Part shown: positions 63,419 to 64,000 of the stretch, piece after piece | How the letters are laid out: every line of letters starts with the position of its first letter | How positions within the stretch are numbered: the stretch's first letter is position 1 | Assembly (NCBI GenBank): GCA_965657825.1 | Contig: CBFHQG010000002.1 | Coordinates: forward strand, 2,290-66,289 | From: Actinomycetes bacterium | Lineage (GTDB): Bacteria; Actinomycetota; Actinomycetes; S36-B12 | Length of the DNA stretch: 64,000 nucleotides | Reading direction: 5' to 3' | Program-made: the position numbers and the translations under genes | Notes under the pieces: generated by a model | Databases searched by the model: none | What the model was told of the DNA's origin: nothing | What the model saw: only the letters and a program-made list of their open reading frames with translations

Positions 63419-64000
63419 CGTGCGAGAGCCGCTTCGTACACGCCCACCGTCTGAGTGGCGATGGCCTGCCAGCCGAAATGGGCGATGGCGCGAGCGCGGC
63501 CGGCCACTCCCATCGCGTGGGCCCGATGCGGATCGGCGACGAGGTCGTTCACTGCGTCGGCGAACGCATGCTCGAAGGCGCGGGGCTCGGCCGGGTCGTA
63601 GGGGACGAGTAGCCCGGTCACGCCGTCGGCCACGACCTCGGGGATCCCGCCGACCGCACTGGCGACGACGGCGGTCTCGCAGGCCATCGCCTCGAGGTTG
63701 ACGATGCCCAGCGGCTCGTAGACCGACGGGCAGGCGAAGACTCTCGCGTGGGTGAGCAGCCCGATCACCGACTCTCGATCGAGGTGTTCTTCGATCCACA
63801 CCACCGCATCAGCCCCCCGTCGTTCGCGCAGGCGGCTGACGGCGTCGTGAGTCTCGATCCCGATCTCGGGAGTGTCCGGTGAACTCGCGCACAGCACGAG
63901 GGTGACGTCATCGGCGAAGCGCTCAGCAGCGGCGATGAGGTGAGCGATCCCCTTCTGGCGGGTGATCCTCCCCACGAAGACGACGTAGGGGCGCTCGGGG
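63415..64000 (-). CDS. glgA: GT4 glycosyltransferase, actinobacterial GlgA/GlgM-type (alpha-maltose-1-phosphate / glycogen synthase); partial, N-terminus beyond the right edge
   Basis: GRITRQKGIAHLIAAAERF...VFACPSVYEPLGIVNLEAMACETAVVASAVGGIPEVVADGVTGLLV closely resembles mycobacterial Rv1212c-type GlgA. Confidence 0.8.
   Translation of the reverse strand, partial: PERPYVVFVGRITRQKGIAHLIAAAERFADDVTLVLCASSPDTPEIGIETHDAVSRLRERRGADAVVWIEEHLDRESVIGLLTHARVFACPSVYEPLGIVNLEAMACETAVVASAVGGIPEVVADGVTGLLVPYDPAEPRAFEHAFADAVNDLVADPHRAHAMGVAGRARAIAHFGWQAIATQTVGVYEAALAR

Noticed and set aside
477-63454. Long antisense or shadow ORFs (e.g. 477..1163-, 17091..18206-, 24155..25336+, 25877..26782+, 28533..29402+, 52931..54043-, 53490..54383-, 55566..56642+, 62330..63454+, 61031..61597-)
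   Set aside because: Each lies opposite or out of frame to a gene with clear family motifs and has the Arg/Pro/Gly/Ser-rich composition typical of non-coding frames in high-GC DNA.
1771-63799. N-terminal extensions of track ORFs (1771..2736, 4934..6241, 14870..16567, 25081..26382, 28101..29033, 28847..30199, 30126..31580, 31075..31587, 31666..32778, 39694..40521, 42874..44823, 51205..52074, 57989..59629, 59512..60777, 62459..63799)
   Set aside because: The extensions overlap neighbouring genes or intergenic hairpins and lack homology-like sequence. Internal in-frame starts give canonical N-termini (signal peptides, lipoboxes, P-loops, start/stop overlaps).

Overview
High-GC (about 65-68% in sampled stretches) actinobacterial chromosomal segment. 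The gene content and a tRNA-Glu/Asp/Phe cluster fit Actinomycetota, possibly Micrococcales-like. It is densely coding: about 60 protein genes and 4 tRNAs. I saw no rRNA, CRISPR array, transposase or integrase. Most long antisense ORFs in the six-frame track are high-GC artefacts, and several track ORFs carry spurious N-terminal extensions that I trimmed. Functional blocks, left to right: (1) secreted hydrolase and dioxygenase-like lipoprotein; (2) a MinD/ParA-like ATPase coupled to an RsbW-like/GNAT multidomain protein, convergent with a Cache-HAMP sensor that has no output domain and is translationally coupled to a sulfotransferase; (3) two paralogous GAP/Sap-like membrane proteins bracketing the tRNA-Glu/Asp/Phe cluster; (4) housekeeping genes (zincin-like peptidase, SGNH hydrolase, Sua5/TsaC, TPR protein, HtrA-like protease); (5) GGT, carboxylate-amine ligase and M20 amidohydrolase; (6) CrtA-like/MpaB-like oxygenase pair and acetoacetyl-CoA synthetase; (7) a DUF559/AbiEi-type gene sitting inside a 60-bp-arm inverted repeat; (8) a complete eukaryote-like kynurenine pathway cluster (TDO, kynureninase, formamidase-like hydrolase, LysR, RidA, 3-HAO, ACMSD, KMO); (9) lipoprotein, an unannotated 41-aa Cys-rich ORF, adenosine deaminase and an APH-like kinase; (10) a lower-GC block with a response-regulator remnant, a LuxR-type regulator, a PRTase-hydrolase fusion and a DM13 protein; (11) acyl-CoA dehydrogenase, two GAF-ANTAR proteins and a beta-lactamase-family hydrolase; (12) a DUF11/FG-GAP/FKBP fusion next to tRNA-Lys; (13) xylose utilisation (xylB, xylA, xylFGH-like ABC transporter, ROK regulator); (14) an L,D-transpeptidase and a TPP-enzyme/ALDH/FAD-oxidoreductase cluster; (15) a perfect 30-bp-arm palindrome, an unknown Rossmann protein, an EamA transporter and a partial glgA. 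I found no recognisable complete defence or mobile system. The most unusual items are the Cache-HAMP/sulfotransferase module, the IR-bracketed DUF559 gene, the perfect palindrome, the Cys-rich micro-ORF and the duplicated tRNA-Lys 5' boundary.
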